A DNA stretch of 64,000 bases from Haliotis rubra. Taxonomy: Eukaryota. The position numbers and the translations under genes were made by a program. Below the pieces are notes generated by a model, which saw only the letters and a program-made list of their open reading frames with translations, was not told the DNA's origin and did no database searches. Positions 25,241 to 38,472 of this stretch are shown piece by piece (the stretch's first letter is position 1; the number at the start of each line of letters is the position of its first letter). The DNA lies in the NCBI RefSeq assembly GCF_003918875.1, contig NW_025765547.1, forward strand, positions 682,001-746,000. Direction: 5' to 3'.

Positions 25241-27565
25241 CTGTCTTAGCGATTAGGTGATCGTAACTCTCATACTTTAACTTAGGCGTACGACTGCCGT
25301 AGCGATGAGGTGATCGTACCTCCCATACTTTAACACAGACTTACGATTGTCGTAGCGACAAGGTTATTGTAACTTCCATACTTTAACGTAGACTTAGAAC
25401 TGTCTTACATCCCATACTTTAACATAAACTTACGACTGTCGTAGCGATAAGGTGATCTTACATCCCATACTGTAACATAAACTTACGACTGTCGTAGCGA
25501 TAAGGTGATCTTACCTCCCATACTTTAACATAAACTTACGACTGTCGTAGCGATAAGGTGATCTTACCTCCCATACTTTAGCATAAACTTACGACTGTCG
25601 TAGCGATAAGGTGATCTTACCTCCCATACTTTAACATAAACTTACGACTGTCGTAGCGATAAGGTGATCTTACATCCCATACTTTAACATAAACGTACGA
25701 CTGTCGTAGCGATAAGGTGATCTTACCTCCCATACTTTAACATAAACTTACGACTGTCGTAGCGATACGGTGATCTTACATCCCATACTTTAACATAAAC
25801 TTACGACTGTCGTAGCGATAAGGTGATCTTACCTCCCATACTTTAACATAAACGTACGACTGTCGTAGCGATAAGGTGATCTTACCTCCCATACTTTAAC
25901 ATAAACTTACGACTGTCGTAGCGATAAGGTGATCTTACCTCCCATACTTTAACATAAACGTACGACTGTCGTAGCGATAAGGTGATCTTACCTCCCATAC
26001 TTTAACATAAACGTACGACTGTCGTAGCGATAAGGTGATCTTAACTCCCATACTTTAACATAAACTTACGACTGTCGTAGCGATACGGTGATCTTACCTC
26101 CCATACTTTAACATAAACGTACGACTGTCGTAGCGATAAGGTGATCTTAACTCCCATACTTTAACATAAACTTACGACTGTCGTAGCGATACGGTGATCT
26201 TACATCCCATACTTTAACATAAACTTACGACTGTCGTAGCGATAAGGTGATCTTACCTCCCATACTTTAACATAAACGTACGACTGTCGTAGCGATAAGG
26301 TGATCTTACCTCCCATACTTTAACATAAACTTACGACTGTCGTAGCGATAAGGTGATCTTACCTCCCATACTTTAACATAAACGTACGACTGTCGTAGCG
26401 ATAAGGTGATCTTACCTCCCATACTTTAACCGATAAGGTGATCTTAACTCCCATGCTTTAACATAAACGTACGACTGTCGTAGCGATAAGGTGATCTTAC
26501 CTCCATACTTTAACATAAACGTACGACTGTCGTAGCGATAAGGTGATCTTAACTCCCATACTTTAACATAAACTTACGACTGTCGTAGCGATACGGTGAT
26601 CTTACCTCCCATACTTTAACATAAACTTACGACTGTCGTAGCGATAAGGTGATCTTAACTCCAATACTTTAACATAAACTTACGACTGTCGTAGCGATAC
26701 GGTGATCTTACCTCCCATACTTTAACATAAACGTACGACTGTCGTAGCGATAAGGTGATCTTACCTCCCATACTTTAACATAAACGTACGACTGTCGTAG
26801 CGATAAGGTGATCTTAACTCCAATACTTTAACATAAACTTACGACTGTCGTAGCGATAAGGTGATCTTACCTCCCATACTTTAACATAAACGTACGACTG
26901 TCGTAGCGATAAGGTGATCTTACCTCCCATACTTTAACATAAACGTACGACTGTCGTAGCGATAAGGTGATCTTACCTCCCATACTTTAACATAAACTTA
27001 CGACTGTCGTAGCGATACGGTGATCTTACCTCCCATACTTTAACATAAACTTACGACTGTCGTAGCGATAAGGTGATCTTAACTCCAATACTTTAACATA
27101 AACTTACGACTGTCGTAGCGATACGGTGATCTTACCTCCCATACTTTAACATAAACGTACGACTGTCGTAGCGATAAGGTGATCTTACCTCCCATACTTT
27201 AACATAAACGTACGACTGTCGTAGCGATAAGGTGATCTTACCTCCCATACTTTAACATAAACGTACGACTGTCGTAGCGATACGGTGATCTTACCTCCCA
27301 TACTTTAACATAAACTTACGACTGTCGTAGCGATACGGTGATCTTACATCCCATACTTTAACATAAACTTACGACTGTCGTAGCGATACGGTGATCTTAC
27401 CTCCCATACTTTAACATAAACTTACGACTGTCGTAGCGATACGGTGATCTTACCTCCCATACTTTAACATAAACTTACGACTGTCGTAGCGATACGGTGA
27501 TCTTACCTCCCATACTTTAACATAAACTTACGACTGTCGTAGCGTGCCATTGTGGAACGGGGTCC
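25241..27565. repeat. 53-bp satellite expanded inside a MITE
   Basis: About 43 units of TAACATAAACTTACGACTGTCGTAGCGATAAGGTGATCTTACCTCCCATACTT, ending in the TIR-like TTGTGGAACGGGGTCC. Confidence 0.95.
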
Positions 27566-28698
27566 TGATAAGACGACCTCCATACAGGATCAGGATCTAA
27601 AACACTGGCCTTGATTGTAAGACGCTTCCTTACACTGTTTGAATGGACTAAGTGGCGTACCACATGCTGGCGACGTGCCAACTTGGTGTAAGCGTGTTCC
27701 CGCCATTTATTGGCATATAATATCTTTAATCTTTAAAATGTGTCAATAAACCGACACAGAAGACATGTGTCTATTTATGACTGTAAACATCTTAAATGAA
27801 AAGAACCGTGTTGAACAAAACAGCACAGATCTAAACAAACAAACATCTGTCCTTGGAAAGAAAACCCTAAAACAAGCCAGACAGCCAGTCAACCAGCCGA
27901 CAAACCAGCCAGTCAACTAGTCAACCTGTTAGCCAGTCAACCAGGCCCATCTGTAACCTTCATAGGTCTACACAGGACACTATGACTGTCATTTCTCAAA
28001 CTGTCATTTGAGAATTCCGACAGTTGTTTTCATGGAATCGCCTGAACTAAGGCAATACATTCCTGTTATTGTAAAGTGGACTCTCCTGTGCCATGGTTGT
28101 CAGAACACATGACAAAACACCTACCTATTTAGGTAATAACCGTTCTGTTTGGCTACTTTGTAAATCTAATATTTACAATATCTATATAGCCATATAGTTT
28201 TTTGTGTCTTGCACAATTAGGTTAAGAAGCAAAGTTCAATACAACCAATTTATGACCCATACACGGCACTAAACATTTAATCATGAATACCACTGATCCT
28301 GCATGTTCGTATGGGGGCTCAGACAAATGTAGAAGGAAACTCGGAGCAAACCCACGACAAAAGGTTTCTGGCAACTCTGCACAACTGATGGCCTCGTTTT
28401 GTACACTGATCCACCCACACGAGTCAACACAAGGGTTGTCTGTGAAAGTGGATGTACCATTAAGCTACACCATATGTTCGATTCCTCTGCACGAAAGATT
28501 CACGACATCGGTTGATTTTGATCTGTTTCTAACAGCTGTCAAAGCCACTCTAATCTCATTTACACCACTAAGTTCATGGTTGTATATATGGCCATGCATG
28601 ACATGTTCGTGAACAGCATATATACTCAGTACTGTACACGCGAATTGGCGCATTCATGCATCATATGGCGATAACACAAATTTGAGATGCATGCTGTG

Positions 28699-29925
28699 TA
28701 GGGCTGCAACGATCCTTAGTTTCGATTTTCGATAACCATTATCCCTATTTCGATTCGAGATTTGAATATCTATTTAAAATATTTCCACGCATTTGACTTT
28801 TGAACTTCTTACTATATTTATTTACTTTTATGATCTGCACTGACTACCACTGAGAGTCAAAGTAAAGTCAAAGATATTTATTCCACTTTAGGCCTCCGGC
28901 CCATATACACGTAATGCAAGCATATACAAGTATACTGCACATGATACAGACATTTACAGTTCAGATAGGAGTTTGCTTCTGCAGATAACAGCATGTTTTA
29001 TATAAAGCGCTAGATTACGTATTACATTTTCATTTTTTGGAGGATAGAAAGGAAACAAAGGCAGTTGAAGGATATTCTGACAGATACTTATTTGGGACAT
29101 ATTATTTTCTTAAATCAGCATATTGTGGGCATACAAAGGTGAAGTGAATTTCATCCTCTACTGCCGAGTTACATAATAGACATATCCTTAAATTTCTCTC
29201 TATTGAAAATCGTCTGCCATTTTTCACTGATAAATCTAACAAGCCCTATCGAAAATTGACAAATGTGCGTCCAATATTTCTAGATGTCAATACAGACAGA
29301 TATAGTTCTGGTTGAATTAAGCTCTTATGTGATCTATACAACTGATATCTTGAACTATTGTCTAGACAGGAATGCCAGTTTTGATAATACATGCTAACAG
29401 ATTGTTCTCAAATTGCTTAAGTCCTACTTTAATATTACCAACTGTTTGATGTAGCCACACAAATCCAAAGCCATGAGAAAATAAAATATGTCTAATATGA
29501 GATGCCCATGTTGTCTTACCCCTACCATGTAAATGAACAAGCATGTTATAAGCTAGTTTGGGGATTCTTTGTTCGTGCATTCCCATCAGTCTGAGAGTCC
29601 TCAGTATGAGTTTGACTTTTGAAAGTTTGACTTTAGTAACGTTTGTGGTCCTTTACAGAGGTCAAGAAAGTGAAAAGTGCTGTTCTGAGTTTAAACATGA
29701 TCATATTTTATATGTTTGAAAGAGGTTACGTCATTTACATTCCTGATTTCCTAGTCAAATCTTGGAAAAAGTTTTCAGTGTGATATGTTTTGTTTAGTAA
29801 ACTGAGAGTTAAATGAAATCTGATGTTTTTACTTAAATCAACGATCGAATCGAAAATGACCGAATCGAGGGTCCAATATTGAACATGGAATCGAATCGAG
29901 GTGTGGGTGAATCATTGCAGCTCTA
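28699..29925. mobile_element. Non-autonomous hAT-like element with a nested LINE fragment
   Basis: TIR TAGGGCTGCAACGAT / ATCATTGCAGCTCTA, TTCGA subterminal repeats, decayed 8-bp TSD ATGCTGTG/ATCCTTTG. Confidence 0.8.
28859..29590 (-). mobile_element. 5'-truncated CR1/L2-type LINE 3' end
   Basis: RIPKLAYNML..TTWASHIRHILFSHGFGFVW and a C-terminal C..C..H..CP remnant. 9-bp TSD CTGAGAGTC. Confidence 0.8.
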
Positions 29926-32467
29926 ATCCTTTGTGTCCATAACTGGTGTTCTCGGGACGTTTAATGTTACTCTTTTTTCTAAAAAGCCATCGAAACACCA
30001 GCTGATGCCCCAAATAGTCCAGCCCGCACGCCATGTTACTACACAATAAGGATGTACTGTTACTAAATGAGTAGAAAGAGTTACCTGTCCAGATAGGTTT
30101 TGAAAAACATTAAAACCACGTGATCGTCTGGGTGTGCTGCGAGACGGCCTGTTCCATGTAGATCTAGATCTGGATCTAGCACCATGTGAAAATCCCAAGA
30201 AGTGTCCGAATGGGTTCCTTGTGAAACTCGTTGACCTCCTTGAGAATGCATGGGGGCGATGGTGCATCCCACCAGATCTTTGTCCGGTACGCCGCGACGT
30301 TAAACGACTACCATGCCTTCCCATCCCTTATGCAATCATTGTTTACTCTTCGACCTTGACCTACGAACCGTAACTCACTTCCTCAGACGTTAGCGACCCA
30401 CGCAATCAAGAAAGTTTGACGACTAGGGCATCAATGACACAAATGTATTTGTTTCCGGAGATATTCTTGCGCATTTTTTAGAAAAAGAACATTTTGATGG
30501 TGTATAGTGACCTTGGCAGTCAACTTTCATCAGACAAACCAATTGAGCTATATTTATACACGTTTATAAATACGCCCTAATGCAATGATATAACGTATAA
30601 CTCGCTGACAAACAATCAAGGTATTTGAATCCAAACGGGACTGAGCTGTATAAGTTATCACATGTTTTTTTCATATCATTATATCATGCCTTCAAAATTC
30701 ACAATTAGACTTGAAACATATGTATCAAATTCTTCTTTCCCTTCAGCACTTTAATTACGCTTTCTCTAACCATGTTCCCAAATATGCATAATATTTGTGA
30801 TTACTGAAAGTATATATGCACATGAATGTTCGTGATGAATCCTATTGTATCTAATATAAAATGTCTAAATCTAAACATGTTCGTAAATTGTATAATATAA
30901 AAAGATTCAGAAATCCAGACATTTTACAATTTATAGACTTCTCCCAAAAAAAATGCCCATCCGAAGAAAGTATAAATTTACTGACTTCGGTATGACAACT
31001 GGTAAAATAGTTGTATTACAACCGAGGTTGGAGGTTTTAGCGGGATACAGCTCTGTCCTGGTGTCTCGGTAATCTCCCCTTATAAATGGGCTACGTATCC
31101 AACTTCTTTCAACACAAAATGCCAGTGGACGTGTTTTTGTTAACCGTCTTTTGGTCCATGTGTTGGGATGTTTACAAACACTGTGTCCTTGCTCACGTGT
31201 ATCAACGATGGTTCAAAGGACTCATTTAGGCAACACGTGAGACTCCTTAGATCAGTTTATGTGGCATGAACAAAATACATGAAACTTTGTATGGATAATA
31301 ACTTCTCTATATTCTTTATCACGGCGTTTCAAAGCTCATTTCTTCTCCTTCCTCGTGTGAAATCATTTCATCCATCATCATGTATTCATGTTCTTCTAAC
31401 TTCTTGGTTGGTTTGCATTTGCTCCATTCATGTATTTATAAATGTATTCGCTCGTTCGTTCGTTCGTTCGTTCGTTCATTCATTCCATTGCTTTGCTTAT
31501 ATTTATTGTTGCTTTTGTTTGGTTTTCACGAATAACATGTACTTCGTTATTTTATCGTGACTCGATCATGGCCGGAGATGTTGAAGTACAAGAGACGGTC
31601 ATTTGATAAAAAAAATGTCTCCACGAAGAGGATGGAGGTAACAGATATCTGGATTACAATGGAAACATGTACTGACTTGCAGTCAAATTCTAATTCATCG
31701 TTTTGTTAAATAAGGAATGCACGGAGTGCCAGCTATTGCCTCTGATCTCTCGTTGCATCTCAAGCCACAAGGAGGCCAGCGTGTTGTGTGATCACTCTCA
31801 AATCCATACACACATGGACGGTCATTTGTGATATCCTGTGCTCCACAGCAGTTAAATGAACATTTTGATTTATTAATAGGAAACGGAAACATTTGACGAA
31901 GGGTTCAATACTTCTTCTAGGTTGCGTTAAATCATTTGGATTGCAGCCAGCTCTAAACCGAGGTCTTGTTGTGGTACAGTACGCCATTCCGGTTGGACCC
32001 GATGAAGTCAGATCTGACGATCAGATGGGAATAATGTTTGACCTGGGTGGTGGTGCGCCATGGCCACTTGTGATTATATACAGGAAACTACATACCAGAT
32101 GGTAATTACATTAACGTATAAAACAGCTTTAACTCACCATTCTCTAAATAAAGCCAAAGCAGAAACACTTTAGGATTTATTGAAATGAGATATAACAGAA
32201 AGGGCGGTGGTACATTTGGCAGCTTGGTACCCGGTCACGCTTGGACAACCGGTTTGATTTCTCAAACAAAGAATACAAAGCGTCCATTTATTCATTTTTC
32301 TGTGTTTGCTTCTTAGATTAACGCCGCACTCAGCATTATATGTATGCGACATCTTGTACACACGTCGAAACAGGATCAACCCAACGGGATACATTGACAT
32401 TCGATCAAACATACATACATACAAACATTTGTCCGATATCCATTTCACTCGATCATTGGATATCCAT

Positions 32468-32665
32468 CACAACGGCACATCGTTTTTTTCAATCTCAACT
32501 CCCTGGGGAGCATACAACTCTTGCTGCCTACTAGGCGCACCGAGTTAATGTGGCTTTTCCACCCTTACGAGGTACCCATTCACAGCTGGGTGGACTGGGA
32601 CAAATAGTCACAGTACTTTGTCCAAGTTTACTGCACGTTGCTGTACCCGCAACTAGGTGTCCAAC
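32468..32665 (-). mobile_element. SINE family 4 fragment
   Basis: Closely matches 62240-62432, including the ACCCAGCTGTGAATGGGTACC central motif. Confidence 0.75.
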
Positions 32666-33211
32666 CGATCTACTCAATCGTTTCTCTGGACAGGCAAAGG
32701 TTGCTGGGTATCAATACCTTTTCTCTACCCGAAATGCAAATAATCCACGCATATCGTTATGCTAAATGTTTGAGGATCTTCGAATAGTTTCGGGTGGAAA
32801 ACAATGCGGGATAGTTTTGAGATGCATGCTTTGTAGGGCTGCAACGAGTCGGTTCGATTCATCGAAAATCGAATCTGACACCAATAAAACAATACCCTCT
32901 CTATTATAATAAAACATTGTTCTTGTTTTATTTAGCCACCGTAATCCTCTTTCTCAATTAAATCGTGAATTTCCAACATGAAAATACATTCTGATGGCAA
33001 TTTAAACAATAAATAATAACTTGCTTGTATAGCATTGAACTCTATACACATGTATGTCCAACAAGCAAATCCTATCACCGGTTGTAAGACCACATGGACA
33101 TCAAATTGTCCAAGATCTCTGAAGTAAAGTAATATCGTTCTGCTATTGCTCCTTGTTTATATAATATCCTTCATACAACAGAAATACGAAACCAACCAAA
33201 AAAGGCTGACG

Positions 33212-33678
33212 TCAGTTTACAATGCAGCTATCACTTCGTTGTGACTTTGGCGTTGACCTTGCATCCCTCTCAGGATATAACGCCATTTCCTCAGCATAAC
33301 GCCTCGAAGGGCAGCTCGTAGACGCAGTTGAACGCATGTTTTCACGACCAGTCGTGATCAATATTTCACTAAGAGAAGGCTCCGCCCTCGAATCGCTTTC
33401 CCCACGTGGCATCTGACCAAAGTCGTTCCTTGTTCTCATCCATGGTCGCATATCGGGGGCAAGAAAATGGGGAGCTTCCGGGGGACATGCGCGAGTCTCG
33501 AGCACCATATATTGGGTCTGGTTGCAGCGTAGCCGTTGACGTTCCGCTTCGTTGTGTGCCTCTAGCTCGTTAACTGCTTCCGTAACTACTGGCGAAGGAG
33601 GTGCTGTGTCCACTTTGTGTTCCGGGCCAAAGAGTTCTTCATAACTTGGCGGCGCATCCAAAATAGCCCGGAGTTCAG
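33212..33678 (-). CDS. Probable terminal exon of an uncharacterised protein with a PPSY motif and C-terminal CIVN
   Basis: Strong acceptor TTTGTTTCTCTGTTTCAACAG, a stop-free frame of about 155 codons (ELRAILDAPPSYEELF..SDSCIVN*), GC-richer than its flanks. Upstream exons not resolved. Confidence 0.55.
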
Positions 33679-34014
33679 CTGTTGAAACAGAGAAACAAAT
33701 ATGTGATAAACTGTGTTACCAATAATCAAGACAAGGTCTGAATGCAGACACGTGTATTCCCAACTAAGCAGCCGAGTACACGAGGATTGCATATCAACAA
33801 GAGGGGCGGATGCAGGGGCGCACAGTTCTTTTTCACCCATTTTCACGAGAGTTTCAATGGTCATGTAATAAACTTTCAGGACAAAAAACCGGGGGTGGGG
33901 GTGGGGAAGATCCCCCCACCCATCTCTGGATCCTTCTTTGACAAATGTAGTTTCAAAAAGCCACAGACATATCAGTATGAGTATTCTGCGTCGCAGATTC
34001 CCTTAGCTGTAATG

Positions 34015-34373
34015 GGTGAGGTGAGGTGAAATTGGGTTTAACGTCGTGCTTGAGAATATTTCGCTCATATGACAACGTGCATGCGTGTGTATGTGTATGT
34101 GCGGCTGCTTGTACTAGCCAAGACTTAAGCTGTTTTTTTTATAGTGCTAGCCCACTGAGATACCACGCCGCAGTGAAGCATGAATACCCCACTCAGACAC
34201 ATTATACTGACTCCGAGCCGACCAGTCCTTGTTGAACCCATTAATGCCGAGCGCCAGGCAGGGACCAACAAGTACGATATTTTAACGTCTTTTGGTATGA
34301 CGCGGTCGGGGATCGAACCCGCGACCTTCCGCTCTCCGGGCGGACGCTCTAACCACTACACCACGGAGGCGGT
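34015..34373 (-). mobile_element. Young tRNA-derived SINE family 3
   Basis: A and B boxes on the - strand, (CACCT)n tail, perfect 13-bp TSD CTTAGCTGTAATG. Confidence 0.93.
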
Positions 34374-35512
34374 CTTAGCTGTAATGACAGAGATGGAATT
34401 GTATAAATGGATCATTGAAAATCGGTCATGGCACAATTAAGGCTATTGGATCATGAAATAAACATTTGTCTTAAATTGAAGATCACGAAACTCAATCTAT
34501 GGGAATATGTTGTCTGAGACATAAACATAGCGGAATATTGTTTTGGCTCTGCCAAAGAGAAAACTACGTGCTCAGTGGACTGAGACCGATTGAACTTTCT
34601 TGATGTGACAAACACCATATTGGAAACTACCGGTGTTGTTGGCCAACATATTTCATTTTTAACATCGCAGAAAATAACCACCGCGCGCCACTCATCGTTC
34701 TCAGCCTCCCACCTCTCATACAAGTTCCTGCAGTTTCTTAAAACTACGACTTTCATCATTTAGTTAGACAGACTAATCTTTTAGTGTCCCAGGGAGTTTT
34801 TTGCAGCAAGTAAACAGCTGGTAGGCGTGTCTGCGAAGCGGCGGATTCTCTATGCAATGTGTCCAACCCTTCCGTCAGTTCCCGTGGCGTGAAACGTACT
34901 TTCCATACTATTGTCGGTACGTAACACACACAATCGGACATTTAAGCATCAATGTAGCAATCGGAATATACAAACTCACGACAAAAATACATACGGTTCT
35001 CTCCCGAGTTTCTGGAGGCAGCCATTATGATCTAAAATTAGAACGCTATCCTCCGAAACATAGCTATACCGTATTCGTACTAAAAGATATTCAAATACAC
35101 TTTCTTCTTCAGTGCAAGTAGTATGTTTACTGGTTACATAGTGAGCTGGCTGGGTTAACGCCTCGTTTACAATGTTGCAGCTATATCATGAGGTACCAGC
35201 TTAACATGTGAGGGATGGGTAAAAAGATGTTGGTCTCAGGCGTTTATCACTGTGATTTTTTCCAAAACCTACGACTATGATGCTGATAGAAAAATATAAC
35301 ATTACCGTGATTCGAAACAAGCATAGCTTTCTAAGAGTCGCAACACCGCACAGCGGATAATTGTGCCTTAAACCACTGGGCCACTCCAACCGATTTACAC
35401 AATTGTAAAGCGCAGCACTGTCATTATTGTAAGAAATCCTCCATCGATTTCCGCAAAGTTTAATAAACTACATGTAGGCAGTTTTATTACCTGTATGAAC
35501 ATTTTATTATGA

Positions 35513-35700
35513 GCGTGAAGATCCGGATTAGAATTGATCTATCTGTGTCAACCTATGCTTGCGGTAAGAGACGACTAACGGGATTGGGTGCCCAGAATGT
35601 CAGTCACTAGATTGTCTGGTCCAGACTCGAGTATTTAGTGACCGCTGTCATATAGCTGGAATATTCCTGAGTACGGGGTTAAACAAACAAACAAACAAAT
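35513..35700 (+). mobile_element. Short retroposon family 1, internally deleted
   Basis: Head and tail homologous to the 2547 copy. Confidence 0.75.
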
Positions 35701-35889
35701 AACAATGAACGTTTATTTAACACTGTGGTTAATCGATGAAATAGTATTTCACTATAAGGGTCATCCTTGTGGCATCGAAGACACAGTGAATGAGTTAGTT
35801 TCGATTTTTAACACTTCGTCTTAAAGTGTTTTTAATGCGGTAATTTATATCAGAACTGTAATTACTAATGGAAGACAAAGTTGAAACAT

Positions 35890-36546
35890 TGTTAGAGGTT
35901 AATTCCTCTCAGACCAATCTCTTTCAACCTCCGTACAGTTTGACCGGATATCCTCCGAAGTGTAGGCACCCTGGCTGCTGTGCTCTAACCCGTGGCAGTA
36001 CTATCACGCAAATGTAGTACCCGGATGTACCGAGCTTGGGCTGCAGTGGTGATTCGAGGTCTGCCTGTACGGGGACAGTCATTTGTTATACCTGTTTGGT
36101 TGTAACGAGCTGCAAGCCGTGATATCGTGCTCAGACTAACATTCAGACGCCTGGCAACAGAAGATTGGTAATCTCCAGCGTGTATTCTTTCAATGGCGAT
36201 GTCAAGACGTAGCGTGGTGATTTGACCTTGAAACTCCTTCAAAACGAATGCCAATTTCCGAAAGCAATATGGAATTATATTACCAGACAGTGCATACTCT
36301 TTGTTGCACAATTTTTAACTGGAAGGTGATTTGTGTTGCGTTGTGGTGATGCCTTTTTAATCCTTGTAAGAAATCTCATCACAATCTACATTTTCAGGTA
36401 AAATCGATTTTTACTTGTGCAATTGTGTAAAATCATGTTATCAACACTTTCGTTACATATTTTGACGATTGTTTAAACACAATAGGTAATTAATAGATTT
36501 TTAAAAATACAGATCGCCTATGCGTTTCTTTTTTGGTGATAGTATA
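35890..36546 (-). mobile_element. Tc1/mariner 5' half (TIR plus HTH region)
   Basis: QSSVARRLNVSLSTISRLAARYNQTG..PRTGRPRITT..RYIRVLHLRD. The terminus TATACT..CCAAAAAAGAAACGCAT is shared with 52869. Confidence 0.85.
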
Positions 36547-36865
36547 TATGTACTACCGTGTAACGCTGAGATTTGCCTCTTCGTCGTTGACTTGGCTTTG
36601 GTACCCCTCATGGTGATTATACAAGTCCCTAAGAACCTATGAACTTCACAGATCCAGACAAACTGCCCATCATATATTTCGCCATTACCCAACTTATTTC
36701 GATTTGCTTGAGTACAAATACGCGGCATGAAAATGGACAAGCACTCAAGGTGGCCTTTACAGCTTGACAGACAGAGAGTTTATTTGCGTAATATCGGCCT
36801 AGTGGCCTATAATACAGTTATATAAATCGATGTACAGTGGTCAACTGGATCCAGCTCTTGTTTGG

Positions 36866-37219
36866 TGAGGTGAGGTGAAATTGGGTTTAACGTCGTGCTT
36901 GAGAATATTTCGCTCATATGACGACGTGCATGCGTGTGTATGTGTAGGTGCGGCAGCTTGTACTAGCCCAGACTGAAGCTGGTTTTATAGTGCTAGCCCA
37001 CTGAGATACCATGCCGCAGTGAAGCATGAATACCCCACTCAGACACATTATACTGACTCCGAGCCGACCAGTCCTTGTTGTACCCATTAATGCCGAGCGC
37101 CAGGCAGGGACCAACAAGTACCATATCTTAACGTCTTTTGGTATGACGCGGTCGGGGATCGAACCCGCGTCCTTCCGCTCTCCGGGCGGACGCTCTAACC
37201 ACTACACCACGGAGGCGGT
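36866..37219 (-). mobile_element. Young tRNA-derived SINE family 3
   Basis: Near-identical to 34015-34373. Perfect 14-bp TSD CAGCTCTTGTTTGG. Confidence 0.93.
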
Positions 37220-37983
37220 CAGCTCTTGTTTGGAATACATTATGCAGAAATAAAGCAGTGAAATGTATTACCTGACTGTTGCTTGATTTGAAAAGATATT
37301 CTAAGGTTAATGGACCTCTATACACTTTTCGAAGTTGTAGCAAATATTTTTCACGCCAACATTCATAATATGTACATTAAAAAAAGACATTATTTACAGT
37401 TTGCGTGTCTATATTTGATAAAATTTTCACATTTTGTTACAGCAAAAATCGCGACCGGAGACAGCATCACAATGTATTGGGATTATTCTTAATATATTCG
37501 TTTCCAAATATTCAGCAGACTCGACACAAGGGAGCTTAAATACGTATACCCAAAGCAAATTATCAACATACACTGTGAACGATAACGTCAGTAAACATTA
37601 GCTAGCCCAGATACGTGTCTTGTGCCCTGAGTGAAACCTATCGACAGATAAGAGGGGTTTACCACGTGTGTACAGGACGCGTGATCTCTAGACTTGACTT
37701 TTGTTTGTTTTGTTTGTTGTTACACTCTAATATTCCAGATATATGGTGGTAGGCCGTAAATCAATGCGTCTGGACCTGACAATCCAGTGACTATCATCAT
37801 GAGCATCGATACGATGGGATCCAATGACAGAAAGAAAAGAAAGAAGAAAAGTTGTTTATTACAGTGTGTCACACCCTGGTACAGAGTCCGGCCTCTTAAT
37901 GCCTATGACACACAATAAGACAAGGATAAAACTATGATAATATTAAAATGGCATGCATCTAGTCACAACAGTACTGTAATAAC

Positions 37984-38165
37984 CAGGGGCGGATACAGCT
38001 TTTTGAGAAGGGGGTGCGCACTATTGAGAAAAGGAGGGTGCACACTTCATTTTCACCCGAGTTTCAATGGTCATTTAACAAACTTTCAGCACAAAGGGGG
38101 TGCGCACCCCTGCAAACACACACCCACCCCCACCCCCACCCCATCCCCACCCGGATCCGCCTATT
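37984..38165. mobile_element. CAGGGGCGGATCC-type MITE (second copy at about 33801-33935)
   Basis: Ends CAGGGGCGGATAC..GGATCCGCC. The interior TTTCAATGGTCAT..AAACTTTCAG is shared between the two copies. Confidence 0.65.
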
Positions 38166-38370
38166 ATAACCATCATACAGTGGCACCAACACCCCCCATG
38201 CTCACACGGTTCCGGATCTATACATAATACCGTACTGAATAAAACCCCTATATGAACAATTTCTTACATTCCCTCACTTCAATGTCAATGATATGTGTCA
38301 ACCAAGTCAGCGACTCTGACTATCCGTGAGTCGCCTCTTCCGACAAGCATGGGCTGCCATAGACCAGAGC

Positions 38371-38472
38371 TCCGTTTCACAAAGCTATCGTAACGCTACG
38401 ACTGTCGTACCTCCTGTACTGTAACATAGACTTACGACAGTCGTAGCACTACGATAGCTCTGTGAAACGGTC
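38371..38472. mobile_element. Intact TACGA-family MITE
   Basis: Near-perfect hairpin CCGTTTCACAAAGCTATCGTA..TACGATAGCTCTGTGAAACGG. Serves as the empty-site reference for the copy split by Harbinger at 3361/7307. Confidence 0.85.

Noticed and set aside
25241-27565. CRISPR-like regular array with a palindromic unit
   Set aside because: Units are contiguous with no unique spacers, there are no cas genes, the context is eukaryotic, and the unit derives from a MITE.
34290-34373. tRNA-like sequences (also at 10504, 20903, 37135, 45680 and 58650)
   Set aside because: They are SINE heads with body, tail and often TSDs, and lack a proper acceptor stem.
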